From positions 3,936,001-4,000,000 of the forward strand of contig CBDANF010000003.1 of the NCBI GenBank assembly GCA_965197475.1: a stretch of DNA of 64,000 bases, read 5' to 3'. This document shows positions 9,740 to 19,353 of the stretch, in pieces. Made by a program: the position numbers and the translations under genes. Origin of the DNA: Candidatus Poribacteria bacterium (lineage in GTDB: Bacteria > Poribacteria > WGA-4E > WGA-3G). Below the pieces are notes generated by a model. The model was not told where the DNA came from and made no database searches. It saw only the letters and a program-made list of their open reading frames with translations. Within the stretch, counting starts at the first letter, position 1. Each line of letters starts with the position of its first letter.

Positions 9740-12678
9740 TACATATTATTATCCGACTTTATCGCTTCACTTAACACTTCAATCGGATGCTTTGGCTGGA
9801 TACCTGTCCCGTGTTGAAGCTGATGTCGGCAGGAAAATCCTGACGCAGTCAGCGTAAATTCTCCAGATTTTTCACGGATAGTTGGGAAAAGGCGGAGTTC
9901 GCCAATGTTCATAGAAAGTTCGTAGTGTGTTTTTTCGTACCCAAATGAACCTGCCATGCCACAACAACTTGAATCAATAGTTGTGACGTTGTGCGCCTGC
10001 GGTAACTCAAGCATTTGCAACACGGGTTGGATACCAACTAGTGCTCTCTGGTGACAGTGTCCGTGTAACAAAACTTCGCGTGGCTCGGTTTCAAAAGTGA
10101 GTGGGAGTTCACCGTTTTGGTGTGCCTGAAGGATAAATTCTTCCAGTGAGCAGGTAGTCTCAGCAACCTGTTTTGCCTTATTTGTGCTAATAAGGTCAAC
10201 ATAATCGTCAGTCAAGGTAGATGTGCAACTCGGTTCACACCCAACAATTGGGATTCCTGCTTCCGCATAAGTGTAGAGTTGGTCAATATTATAATTTGCG
10301 TTTTCAATGGCTCTGTCAAGCATTCCCTCAGAGATTAGCGGTCTACCACAACAACGTTTCTCCGGCAAAATTACCTCAAATCCGGCTGATTCCAAGACAT
10401 GCACCGCAGCTTTACCGATATTCGGTTCACTGTGATTCATAAAGGTATCGTGAAACAGCACGACTTTTTTATCAGACGTTTGTGTTGATCGGCGTTTTCG
10501 GAACCATTTCTCAAAAGTTTGATGAACAAACGTAGGCATATCACGGCGGCGGTCAACACCGAGTATTTTCTCAGCCATCCACTTGGAAAGTGGGTTATTC
10601 GTTGCCCAATTGGAAACAGGAGCAAATGCTGAACCTAATACAGCGAATGACCCAATTTCACCGAAAAGCCGATTACGGAGTGGAAGTCCGTTTGCTTTTC
10701 GGTAGTGTGCAAGCATCTCGTATTTTATTTTTGCCATGTCAACATTGGAGGGGCACTCTGCTTTACACGCTTTGCAACCGAGGCATAAGTCTAGCACATC
10801 GTATAAACGTTCACTTGTGAAATCTGTGTGTGGTAAAGCACCAGAGATAACAGATCGGAGTGCATTGGCACGTCCGCGCGTAGAATGTTCCTCTTCTCGC
10901 GTTGCGATGAAGGAGGGGCACATCGTACCAGTAAGTGTTTTGCGACACGCACCGACTCCGTTGCACATCTCGATTGCCCTACCGAATCCATCTTGTGCAG
11001 AAAAATCGAAATAGGTATCAATTTTAATGGTGTTATATTTTGCGCCGAATCGGAGGTTTTCTGTCATTGGTGGAGGATCAATGATTTTACCGGGGTTCAT
11101 AATACCGTCTGGGTCGAAAGCTTCTTTTACTTCTCGGAGTGCCTGATATATCTGTGGACCAAACATGCTCTCAATCCATTCACTTCGTACAAGTCCATCG
11201 CCGTGTTCTCCGCTCATTGCACCGCCAAGGTTCATAAGTAGGTCGCGCACCTCGCTTGCGATATTGTGCATCTTTTGAATATCTGACTCTGATTTCAGAT
11301 TAATAATCGGACGGTTGTGGAGTAATCCGACACTTGCGTGGGCATAGTAAGAGGCAGTCGTATCGTGTTTCTTGACAATTTCGTCGAATCGGCGGACATA
11401 TTCAGGTAGGTTTTCAATTGCGACAGCAGCATCTTCCACAAATCCAATCGGTTTTGCGTCGCCTTTCATTCCCATCAGTAAACCGAGACCTGCTTTACGG
11501 GTTTCCCAGACGCGCGCTTTTTCTTCAGCAGTAAAACATCGCACAAACGCAAAACCGAATCCAGCACGCCGCAAAGTTTTTTCAAGATGGTCTATGTGTT
11601 CCTTCATCTCCGTTTCTGTTTCACCGTAAAATTCAACAGCGAGGAGTGCTTCGGGGCTGCCTTGGATGAAGCTGGTTAGTCGTGAAAACTCCAAAGATCC
11701 TTGTGCCATGTCAATTATCGTTTTGTCAATCAGTTCAACTGCGGTTGGGTTGCACGCTAAGATCGGTTGCATCGCCTCCATAGCAGCGATGAGCGACTTG
11801 AAATGAACAACACACAGACACGTCATTTTTGGCACTAGGACCAAATTGATCTTCGCCTCAGTGATTGTTGCCAATGTGCCTTCGGAACCGACCACAATTT
11901 TTGCCAAACTGAAAGGACGGTAGGCATCACACCCGTCTCGTCGATAGGGGGTTACCTCTTTTGAACCAGCATCTGAAACATATTCGTCAAGGTTATAACC
12001 TGCGACTCTGCGCAAAATTCGTGGATAGCGTTTACGGATTTCATCTGTATTTTCAGCACAGATTCTGCAAAGTTCTTGATAGATTTGTGCTTCTAAAGAA
12101 TCACCTTCTTTTTTGGATGCGACTTCGGTAAATGATAAAGGGGCTGCTGTAATCTCATCACCGTTCGCGAGGACAAGGTCTAACGACATCACATGGTCAA
12201 TCGTTTTACCGTAGATAAGGGAGTGTGAACCTGCGGAGTTATTACCGATGGTGCCGCCGACGTTCGCGCGGCTACTTGTTGCTACATCGGGAGCATACAT
12301 GAGTCCATGTGGTTTGAGTTGGTGATTTAACTCGTCAAGAACGATACCCGGTTGCACGCGTGCCCAGTGTTCATCGACGTTAACCTCAATAAGTTCGTTC
12401 ATGAACTTGGACATGTCCAAGACGATTGCTTTGCCAACGCTTTGTCCTGCGAGACTCGTTCCACCACCGCGGGGGAGAATAGGGATTTTACGTTCAGCAG
12501 CAATCTGGACTGTTTTGATTACGTCCTCTTTATGTTTGGGAACAACAACACCAATCGGTTCAATTTGGTAGAGGCTTGCATCCGTACTATAGAGTGCCTT
12601 TGAGTATGCATCAAAGCGCACTTCTCCCTCAAGTTCTTTCGCGAGAAGATGTTCTAATGCTGGCTCAGAATTTTGCAT
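9739..12678 (-). CDS. FAD-linked oxidase / Fe-S oxidoreductase (GlcD-GlcF fusion, YdiJ-like 2-hydroxyacid dehydrogenase)
   Basis: YSTDASLY, PRGGGTSLAGQ, GSEGTL, SGEHGDG, CNGVGAC, CLGCKACKAECP ferredoxin motif, two CCG domains. Confidence 0.92.
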   Translation of the reverse strand: MQNSEPALEHLLAKELEGEVRFDAYSKALYSTDASLYQIEPIGVVVPKHKEDVIKTVQIAAERKIPILPRGGGTSLAGQSVGKAIVLDMSKFMNELIEVNVDEHWARVQPGIVLDELNHQLKPHGLMYAPDVATSSRANVGGTIGNNSAGSHSLIYGKTIDHVMSLDLVLANGDEITAAPLSFTEVASKKEGDSLEAQIYQELCRICAENTDEIRKRYPRILRRVAGYNLDEYVSDAGSKEVTPYRRDGCDAYRPFSLAKIVVGSEGTLATITEAKINLVLVPKMTCLCVVHFKSLIAAMEAMQPILACNPTAVELIDKTIIDMAQGSLEFSRLTSFIQGSPEALLAVEFYGETETEMKEHIDHLEKTLRRAGFGFAFVRCFTAEEKARVWETRKAGLGLLMGMKGDAKPIGFVEDAAVAIENLPEYVRRFDEIVKKHDTTASYYAHASVGLLHNRPIINLKSESDIQKMHNIASEVRDLLMNLGGAMSGEHGDGLVRSEWIESMFGPQIYQALREVKEAFDPDGIMNPGKIIDPPPMTENLRFGAKYNTIKIDTYFDFSAQDGFGRAIEMCNGVGACRKTLTGTMCPSFIATREEEHSTRGRANALRSVISGALPHTDFTSERLYDVLDLCLGCKACKAECPSNVDMAKIKYEMLAHYRKANGLPLRNRLFGEIGSFAVLGSAFAPVSNWATNNPLSKWMAEKILGVDRRRDMPTFVHQTFEKWFRKRRSTQTSDKKVVLFHDTFMNHSEPNIGKAAVHVLESAGFEVILPEKRCCGRPLISEGMLDRAIENANYNIDQLYTYAEAGIPIVGCEPSCTSTLTDDYVDLISTNKAKQVAETTCSLEEFILQAHQNGELPLTFETEPREVLLHGHCHQRALVGIQPVLQMLELPQAHNVTTIDSSCCGMAGSFGYEKTHYELSMNIGELRLFPTIREKSGEFTLTASGFSCRHQLQHGTGIQPKHPIEVLSEAIKSDNNM

Positions 12679-12851
12679 CCGTTTCCAATTCCTATGAGAA
12701 TGATTTTAGCAATTATAGATATGTTAGACGGTAAGTATGCCAAAAAAGATATAGAACTGACATTTCTCAAGTGGCTTAGCTGCCAAAATAGACAAGGGTT
12801 TACTTGAATTGAAGTCATGAAAATGCTATCTGAAAATCGGATAGGAATTCA

Positions 12852-12989
12852 TCAAGCTGTCTCCACGCCAGTTGATAAGCACGTCTGGAATTTAGAGAGA
12901 GCGTCCCACGCGATGCCGATCCGAAGTTTATCGTCATCGGTGAGTTGCAGATTGCTTGGGTGATCAATCGGGACAATATTTTGCATCAT
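12852..12989 (-). CDS. Possible 45-aa hypothetical protein
   Basis: MMQNIVPIDHPSNLQLTDDDKLRIGIAWDALSKFQTCLSTGVETA*, co-oriented downstream of the HNH gene; weak RBS. Confidence 0.25.
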   Translation of the reverse strand: MMQNIVPIDHPSNLQLTDDDKLRIGIAWDALSKFQTCLSTGVETA

Positions 12990-13021
12990 TGGTTCTTCTT
13001 AAAGGCTTAGCGTGTCAATTG

Positions 13022-13597
13022 TCATACCTTTATATGCCCATCTATATCGTGTTTGTTGTAGACATTGAAAATATCATGGCAGAATGCTATCATTTCTCGG
13101 TCATCAACTTTCATTGCGTCCTCATAAACCTTTATGAAAAAACGCTTACCTGCCTCTGTCTGTGAGTAGTTTTTCTTCATTGAGTTATGCTTATAGCAGA
13201 GCGTCTGTCCATTCTCAAGGGAATTCTCGCCACCTTTAGACCTTGGGATTTTGTGGTCGGCAGCGATTTCAATGCCATCTTGCTGTCCAAGTCCACAGAT
13301 CATGCACTTATACCCGTCTCTGCGGAAAATAGCTGCTTTGTTGACTTCGGAAAAATCGTGGAATTCGCCTTCCCGTTCAAAGTCAGGATCGTATTTGTAG
13401 AAACCTTGCTTCCCCTTTATCTTTATCAATCTCCCCTCGCCAGAAAGTTGGTTGACATCTGTGCTGATGTCTTGCAGTTTTTTGCCATGAGTTTCGAAGG
13501 ATTCTTTGACACCTTCACGTACTTCGGATGTGTGTATCTCTCTTTCGGGATTTTTCTTGAAGTAATCCATGATAAGTGGTTTTCTTGACGTACTCAT
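13022..13597 (-). CDS. HNH endonuclease with N-terminal winged-helix-like region
   Basis: RDGYKCMICG...ADHKIPRSKGGENSLENGQTLCYKHN HNH signature; AAAGGAG RBS. Confidence 0.88.
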   Translation of the reverse strand: MSTSRKPLIMDYFKKNPEREIHTSEVREGVKESFETHGKKLQDISTDVNQLSGEGRLIKIKGKQGFYKYDPDFEREGEFHDFSEVNKAAIFRRDGYKCMICGLGQQDGIEIAADHKIPRSKGGENSLENGQTLCYKHNSMKKNYSQTEAGKRFFIKVYEDAMKVDDREMIAFCHDIFNVYNKHDIDGHIKV

Positions 13598-13613
13598 TGC
13601 TGTGATCTCCTTT

Positions 13614-14843
13614 CTACTTCTGCTTGTTTATATCTGTCAGTTGGCGTAGTTGCCTTTGTATCCGCTTTTTCATTTTCACATCGTTTTTTTTTGTTGCAAG
13701 TTTCAACGCTATGTGGCAATCTTGCTCTGCTGCCTCTATTTGATTAAGTTCTCTTTTTGCCCTGGCACGCCAGTGGTAAGCGAGGGTGCTTTCAGAATAA
13801 TATTGTAGGATCGCATCATAATCTGAAATTGCTGCTTCGTATTGCCCGCACATTTCATTCGCATGTGCCCGCCTAAAATAGGCTTCTACATAGTCAGGTT
13901 TGAGACGGATCGCTGTATCGTAGTCCGCAATCGCAGCAGCATATCGATCACCCCCAAGAGATGTCTTTGCCTCTGCTCGACAGAAGTAGGTTTCCGCGTC
14001 ATCAGAATTAAGATGGATGGCAGTATCATAGTCTGAAATCGCATCTATATATTGTCTAAGTTCGTGTTTCGCTTGCCCTCGATAGATATAGGCTTTCGTA
14101 TAATTAGGTTCAAGACAAAGCACCTTATCGTAGTCTGCGATCGCACCCGTATACGCCGCCAGGCGACTGTTAGTGACATCTACCTTGCGTAAAATACCAT
14201 CATACTCATCCGAGAAAAATATCGCCCAAAGCAGGAGACTCTCAGAATCGCGAGCAGGGGCAAGTCCTGCCTTCAATATACCACGATTTAGGTATGCTTT
14301 AGCAAAGTCAGGTAAAAGTCGGATTGCTGTATCAAAATCACGAATTGCTGAAAGAATCGCAGCTGCAGCTTCAGTCTGAAGATGTGATACAAACATTGGA
14401 TTAATACCGTGTTCTTCAATACTTCTATTATAAGCCTTCAGAGATTGACGGTGAAGTTCTGCCTTAGCTAAGCCACGATTGAAGTAGAAGAATCCGTTTA
14501 TTGGATCAAGTCTAATTGCTATATTGTAATCCGAAATAGCGTCTCCAGCGTCTCCGTGTTTTCCCTTTTCTGTCTTGTCTATACCACGAGCATTGTAGGA
14601 TAATGCTTTTTGAGTTCTGTCAGGGATTTGTATCGGCAGTGTTATGTCATCTTTACAAATATGACGTAGCCAGGGCGGTCCCACGTTGTTATAAAACACA
14701 TCGGTGCCATCCCGCATGATATAAAACACATATTCTTTGCAAGTGGAACAAAAACATCCCAGCATTGCAATGGGGCGTTCATAGTCGCGGGCACTCTCAT
14801 TATTATCATCATCAAAAAGACTCAGTTGTTTTGTTCCGCCCAT
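13614..14843 (-). CDS. TPR repeat protein with N-terminal putative zinc-binding domain
   Basis: Repeated AISDY(D/N)xAIxLxP...AY..RG TPR units; N-terminal CFCSTC...VFYNNVGPPWLRHIC. Confidence 0.85.
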   Translation of the reverse strand: MGGTKQLSLFDDDNNESARDYERPIAMLGCFCSTCKEYVFYIMRDGTDVFYNNVGPPWLRHICKDDITLPIQIPDRTQKALSYNARGIDKTEKGKHGDAGDAISDYNIAIRLDPINGFFYFNRGLAKAELHRQSLKAYNRSIEEHGINPMFVSHLQTEAAAAILSAIRDFDTAIRLLPDFAKAYLNRGILKAGLAPARDSESLLLWAIFFSDEYDGILRKVDVTNSRLAAYTGAIADYDKVLCLEPNYTKAYIYRGQAKHELRQYIDAISDYDTAIHLNSDDAETYFCRAEAKTSLGGDRYAAAIADYDTAIRLKPDYVEAYFRRAHANEMCGQYEAAISDYDAILQYYSESTLAYHWRARAKRELNQIEAAEQDCHIALKLATKKNDVKMKKRIQRQLRQLTDINKQK

Positions 14844-15011
14844 ATATAGCCTTTTCGTAATTTTTCTTCATCAGAGAGTTGTAGCATTGATCATTGCTTT
14901 TGAGATAGCTCTTCTATACTGGCTGCAATCTTCCCAAGTGTTTCATCCATCTTGTTGAGATATTCCTTGATATGACTTATCATATTCACGTCCGCTACTT
15001 CCTTTTCATTT

Positions 15012-15908
15012 TCATTCTTTGATAGGAACGATATTTTCAGCAGATAAGCCCTTATCCATCTGACGTATATCAAATTTTACTTTCTGACCAGGTTTTAATG
15101 AACAGATTTCGTCCATAATTTGAGACTTATGGACAAAGATATTGCGATGCTCATGTTCTTCACTTATTATGAAACCATAACCTTTGTTTTCATCAAACCA
15201 TTCTACTTGACCTTGCGTCCATCTGAGGTGAGGAGAAAGTACTTTTTCAATCATTCCAACGGCTTCCTTAAACGGAATTTGGAAAAATTCTCTATCGTAT
15301 CGTATTCGATATTCAGAAAGCAATTTGTGAACAAGTTTCTCAGCTTCTTCTGCATTATCTACCTTGTAAACAGTTCTTGCAGAATATGGTTTCAATACAC
15401 CTGTGTGTGAGTTTATCTCCCTAACACGCTCTTCCACAGAGCGTGTCGTCATACCTATTTTCAAAATGTCAGGTTCATCTTTTCTTGATAGTACATACAA
15501 CCACCCGCTCTTTCCCTGTGCATTCGGGACTTTCGTCCGATTCTTCCATTGACTTAAGTAAGTCGGAAGTGTACTGTTGACCAAATCCTTTCGTATTGAC
15601 ATTGATTGTTCAAAGTCGTTTTCTTTTATACTCTTTCGGAGTTTTACTAATTGATAAACAATAGATTCCATCTCGTTTTTAGGCGGACATCCGAGTCTAT
15701 TATAAACAGTAAACCAATTCCATTGATCCTTACGTATGGAACGGTTAAACATGCCTTTCAGTTCTGAAATAGCATCCAATTCGACTTCAGATGGTGATAT
15801 TTTATTCTTGAGGAAAAGAGAGACGTTGTTCACAGCAGCATCAAACCGCTTTCCCATTGTTACCGAAATATCGGACATTCCAAATTCATACTTATGTAGA
15901 GTTCGCAT
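15012..15908 (-). CDS. T5orf172/GIY-YIG-like nuclease domain fused to a C-terminal cold-shock domain
   Basis: GWLYVL...KIGMTTRSVEERVREIN...AEKLVHKLL...REFF (T5orf172), then GQVEWFDENKGYGFI...IFVHKSQI...GQKVKF (CSD RNP1/RNP2). Start at MRTLHK after AGAGGA. Confidence 0.85.
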   Translation of the reverse strand: MRTLHKYEFGMSDISVTMGKRFDAAVNNVSLFLKNKISPSEVELDAISELKGMFNRSIRKDQWNWFTVYNRLGCPPKNEMESIVYQLVKLRKSIKENDFEQSMSIRKDLVNSTLPTYLSQWKNRTKVPNAQGKSGWLYVLSRKDEPDILKIGMTTRSVEERVREINSHTGVLKPYSARTVYKVDNAEEAEKLVHKLLSEYRIRYDREFFQIPFKEAVGMIEKVLSPHLRWTQGQVEWFDENKGYGFIISEEHEHRNIFVHKSQIMDEICSLKPGQKVKFDIRQMDKGLSAENIVPIKE

Positions 15909-16049
15909 TTTGTTTCCTCTTTGTATTAGAATCTGTATTGACACAGATAAAGGACAAGGGTACAACCGCAATATGATTTCGTAGACAGGCATATTTACAG
16001 ACGTACCTTGATGTTCGTAAAGATGAAGTATTTATGAAATACACACACT

Positions 16050-16400
16050 TTAGAATACCAAAAACTGATAATCCTCTTTTTGAGCCTTCCGCCTCGCTTC
16101 TGCCAATCCATTTACCTCAAACACTGTTTCTGCTAACCAGTCCCTTTTATTCTGTGGAACCATAAATATAAGTGTTTTCCTTTCTTCATCAAACAAAGCA
16201 GCAGGAAAACGTTCTAATTCAAGCAGTCTACTGCGGACACGATCTCTGCGAATTTCAAGACCCCTTTCATCAAGGCGTTGTGTGCAATGTTCTGATTCAA
16301 ATATTCTCCCATACTTCTTTTTTAATTTATTTTCTTCTGGAGTAGCATTTTTAGTAGCTATCTCTCGGTTTCTTTGATTTATTTCTTTGTAATTTATCAT
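16050..16400 (-). CDS. Hypothetical basic protein
   Basis: 116 aa ORF with GGAGGAG RBS located inside the upstream gene's 3' end. Confidence 0.6.
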   Translation of the reverse strand: MINYKEINQRNREIATKNATPEENKLKKKYGRIFESEHCTQRLDERGLEIRRDRVRSRLLELERFPAALFDEERKTLIFMVPQNKRDWLAETVFEVNGLAEARRKAQKEDYQFLVF

Positions 16401-16968
16401 CTGAGATCTCCTCCGATTTTATCGTGTTTAATGTCTCAAATACCGTTTCCAACGCGAACTCTAAAAATGCGATTGCCTGCTCTCTCGACACAGAAGTGAA
16501 CCCATCAAGAAAGTCATCAAGGCTCTCTCCTGCTTTTAGATGATCAATCAGCGACTTTATCGGCACCCGTGTGCCGATAAACACTGGCTCGCCGCCGTGA
16601 ATGTTGGGGTCTTGGTTTATCATTGCTTTGTATAAACGAAATGCAGTCCACTCGGTATCTAAATTTTGCCGAGAACTTTCATCACCGCTTTTGTAGAACC
16701 GACCTGGGGGACACACTTCTGACATAAGTGGAACATTTATCGCTTGAGATAACTTATCACATATATCTTCAATAACACTTCCGCCACGTTCCGTCCGCTC
16801 CATTTTTGGTTTTACTCGGACATATAGTTCATCATTTCTCACTCGCTCCAAAAAATCTTCTGATAATTTTTTAGACACCTGATCACTATATTCCAAGAAT
16901 GGATAATCTTCTTTTAGAATACGCTCCAGTTTATTTACAACAAACGGGTTTTCGTGTAGTTTTTCCAT
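16351..16968 (-). CDS. DUF433 domain protein with N-terminal extension
   Basis: C-terminal INQDPNIHGGEPVFIGTRVPIKSLIDHLKAGESLDDFLDGFTSVSREQAIAFL is the DUF433 signature. Confidence 0.82.
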   Translation of the reverse strand: MEKLHENPFVVNKLERILKEDYPFLEYSDQVSKKLSEDFLERVRNDELYVRVKPKMERTERGGSVIEDICDKLSQAINVPLMSEVCPPGRFYKSGDESSRQNLDTEWTAFRLYKAMINQDPNIHGGEPVFIGTRVPIKSLIDHLKAGESLDDFLDGFTSVSREQAIAFLEFALETVFETLNTIKSEEISDDKLQRNKSKKPRDSY

Positions 16969-17417
16969 TATTATTCCTTGTGATATGCTGCTGTGTCAGA
17001 ATAGTAAAAAAGTGGCTGAAAATTGGATAGAGTTTGATAAGTAATTATCAAATCCTGAATACAATTAGAGGATAACACCGATACACCAAGAAGTCAAGTA
17101 AATAACTACAGCTGGTATTTCTCAAAAGCACTCAGAAGCCAATATCTATCAACGATCTCTCACTCTCAATATGAGGTTATGAAAATGCTGATTGATATAT
17201 TCTCAATGGATGCCCATTGGGTGAAAACTTAGCCTTATGAAATTGTCAATTTAATGGTTTTTTCAACGGAAAAACAAGCAGAATTATCATAATGGAGAAC
17301 GCATTTTCATGCCTGTATAAGTGTTTTGGACTGATGATTATTGGGTTTAGAACAATTATGAGAAATGCCAGTAGAAAAACAAGTTTTTTCTTGAGATACG
17401 GAATTCCTACAATTAAT

Positions 17418-17446
17418 TTGACTTTCTGCTCGTTAAAAAGTATAAT
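17418..17446 (+). promoter_or_regulatory. Sigma70-type promoter of tRNA-Leu
   Basis: TTGACT-17 bp-TATAAT ending 16 bp before the tRNA. Confidence 0.75.
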
Positions 17447-17462
17447 TATTAGACGCTTAAAT

Positions 17463-17545
17463 GCCCCTGTGGTGGAATTGGTATACACGGCAGGTTGAGG
17501 GCCTGTGCCTTAATTGGCATGCTGGTTCGAGTCCAGTCGGGGGCA
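17463..17545 (+). tRNA. tRNA-Leu(GAG)
   Basis: GCCCCTG acceptor, GGTGGAATTGGTATACAC D arm, anticodon arm GCAGG-TTGAGGG-CCTGT, long variable arm, GGTTCGAGTCC T loop. Confidence 0.93.
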
Positions 17546-17666
17546 TTCCTACCCTACAATTACATCATCAGAATACATGCAAGGGTGTAATATCAAATTA
17601 ACTTGATTCGCCGTCTTCCGGTAAAGTCAGCATTGTGAGGAGAGCCCAGAGACCTCGTGCTACAAA

Positions 17667-18794
17667 TTAGGTCAAGAGTTGCTGATAAACTTCATAGGTG
17701 CGTTGCGCAATTGTCTCCCACGTGAAATGTTGTACCCTCTCTAAACCACGTTTTTGAAGAGATTCTCGAAGTGTAGGATCGTTAGCAATTTTGCGTATCC
17801 GTTCAGCCAAAGCCGCGGTGTCTCCTTCTGGAAAGACTAATCCAGCATCTCCAATAACCTGTGAGATTTCTCCTGAATCTGACCCGATAACTGGAACTTC
17901 GCATGCCATTCCTTCAATAAGTACTCTACCGAAAAATTCTACCCAGTCTGCAGTCGTGCGGGACGGTAAAACCAATGTATCCATACAGTTAAGGTAATCG
18001 GGAACTTCTTCGGGGGGAACGGCGTCTATCCAGACAATTTTCTCAGAGATTTGATGTTTTGCGGCGATCTCTTGGAATTTTGACTTATCCTCGCCGCGTC
18101 CAACTATTAAAAGTTTGAACGGGAAGTCAAACGTTGCTGCCGCTTCAATGACCGTGTCAACGCCTTTCATCTGAATTAACCTGCCAACATAACCGATGAC
18201 AAAACAGTTGGCAAGTCCAAGAGATGTTTTCAGTTGGCTCATATCCTGCTTCTGAAACAGCGAAATATCAACGCCATTTGGAAACGGAATCTGCGCACCA
18301 CTATACCCTCTTTGCCTTAATATTTTGCCCGCATTTTCGCTGAGTGGAAAAGCCATGTCGGTTTCGCGGAAAACGCGGCTTTCAATCCAAACAGGTAAGG
18401 GGCCAAAACGTTGTTTAGATGGAATGCTAAGCGAGGTGCGAAAGATGAATCGACTCTTTGGACAGTACTTGCGTTTCAGTCGTACCGTCTGCAAAGCGTT
18501 GAGACTCCATGCTTCCTCTTCAAGATGGATAATATCGGGCTGAAAGTCCTTGAAATGCTGTGCTATGCCGCTCCGATAGTAAAAACGACTGCCATAGCCA
18601 GAAAATCGTATGGGACAAGGTAACTCTTCACAGTGAGCGTCAGACTCTGGCGCAAAATGTATCTCTTGAATACTTTCGTACCAACGATCAGGCGTGAGCA
18701 CACGCATTGCAACATCCGGCTTCGCTGCAATGAGGTTGAACTTCCTCCGATACGGTTTCATTATATACGAATGAGAAAGGACTAAGACACGCAC
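17667..18794 (-). CDS. Glycosyltransferase family 4
   Basis: PNGVD, GYVGRL, LVLPS, EFFGRVLIEGMACEVPVIGSDSG (ExF...E) motif. Confidence 0.92.
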   Translation of the reverse strand: MRVLVLSHSYIMKPYRRKFNLIAAKPDVAMRVLTPDRWYESIQEIHFAPESDAHCEELPCPIRFSGYGSRFYYRSGIAQHFKDFQPDIIHLEEEAWSLNALQTVRLKRKYCPKSRFIFRTSLSIPSKQRFGPLPVWIESRVFRETDMAFPLSENAGKILRQRGYSGAQIPFPNGVDISLFQKQDMSQLKTSLGLANCFVIGYVGRLIQMKGVDTVIEAAATFDFPFKLLIVGRGEDKSKFQEIAAKHQISEKIVWIDAVPPEEVPDYLNCMDTLVLPSRTTADWVEFFGRVLIEGMACEVPVIGSDSGEISQVIGDAGLVFPEGDTAALAERIRKIANDPTLRESLQKRGLERVQHFTWETIAQRTYEVYQQLLT

Positions 18795-18820
18795 AAGTTT
18801 TGTCTTCAGTATGTACCTCT

Positions 18821-19174
18821 TTAATTAGCCGTAAATGTTACCTCAGCTTCAGTATTGCTTTCTGTTTTATCAGCATTTTCTGATGTGCCATCTGGTTCTT
18901 TGAGTTCTGCCATTAATCCCTCAAGTTGACGTCGAATTCCTACGCGCTCTTCTTCAGTAGCTAAGCGTGTGAGTTCCGCTGCTTCTCGCATCTCACTATT
19001 GAGGTTTTCCAATTCCTGAATTCTGGCATCACGTTGCAGTACATCGCTGTTGAGTCGTGCAATTTCTGCTTCAAGTTCAAGTTTTTCATCCCTTAATTTT
19101 TTGACGGTTGAGATAGCAAGGTCAACATGTTCTTCTAAAAGAGATACCACGTTTTTTCCTGTTGTTTCAGACAT
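18821..19174 (-). CDS. Coiled-coil protein, ZapB-like
   Basis: LEEHVDLAISTVKKLRDEKLEL...IRRQLEGLMAEL heptad pattern resembling ZapB; GGAGG RBS. Confidence 0.55.
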   Translation of the reverse strand: MSETTGKNVVSLLEEHVDLAISTVKKLRDEKLELEAEIARLNSDVLQRDARIQELENLNSEMREAAELTRLATEEERVGIRRQLEGLMAELKEPDGTSENADKTESNTEAEVTFTAN

Positions 19175-19215
19175 TGAATCCTCCTAAATTTACTTTTTAG
19201 CTAACTTCTATTATT

Positions 19216-19320
19216 TACAGTGCATCTCAAGATACAATTTTGTTGAGTTCACTCCGTTCAACCCAACCTATTAGGATATACCAATGAATTGTAGCTATGG
19301 TGATTTATGAGATGCTTGTA
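19216..19320. mobile_element. MITE-like element enclosing a REP hairpin
   Basis: TACAGTGCATCTCA / TGAGATGCTTGTA imperfect inverted ends around GTTGAGTTCACTCCGTTCAACCCAACCTA. Confidence 0.5.
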
Positions 19321-19353
19321 GTCCAACTTACTGCAATATATGAAAGTTTATAT

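Larger units (their letters stand above)
12757..17371. mobile_element. Putative non-autonomous element carrying an accessory gene cassette
   Basis: CTGACATTTCTCA (12757-12769) and TGAGAAATGCCAG (17359-17371) are inverted, each with a subterminal ATGAAAATGC about 60 bp inside. TAGAA flanks both sides. No transposase or integrase inside. Confidence 0.5.

Noticed and set aside
12852-16968. Integron cassette array
   Set aside because: The genes are co-oriented, but spacers are very short or overlapping, no attC-like palindromes were seen, and there is no integrase.
17246-17498. ORFs of 80 aa and 68 aa near tRNA-Leu
   Set aside because: They overlap the element end, the promoter and the tRNA, and show no protein motifs.
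12757-17545. tRNA-targeted integrative island at tRNA-Leu
   Set aside because: The cassette lies upstream of the tRNA and its promoter; no duplicated tRNA fragment or integrase was found.
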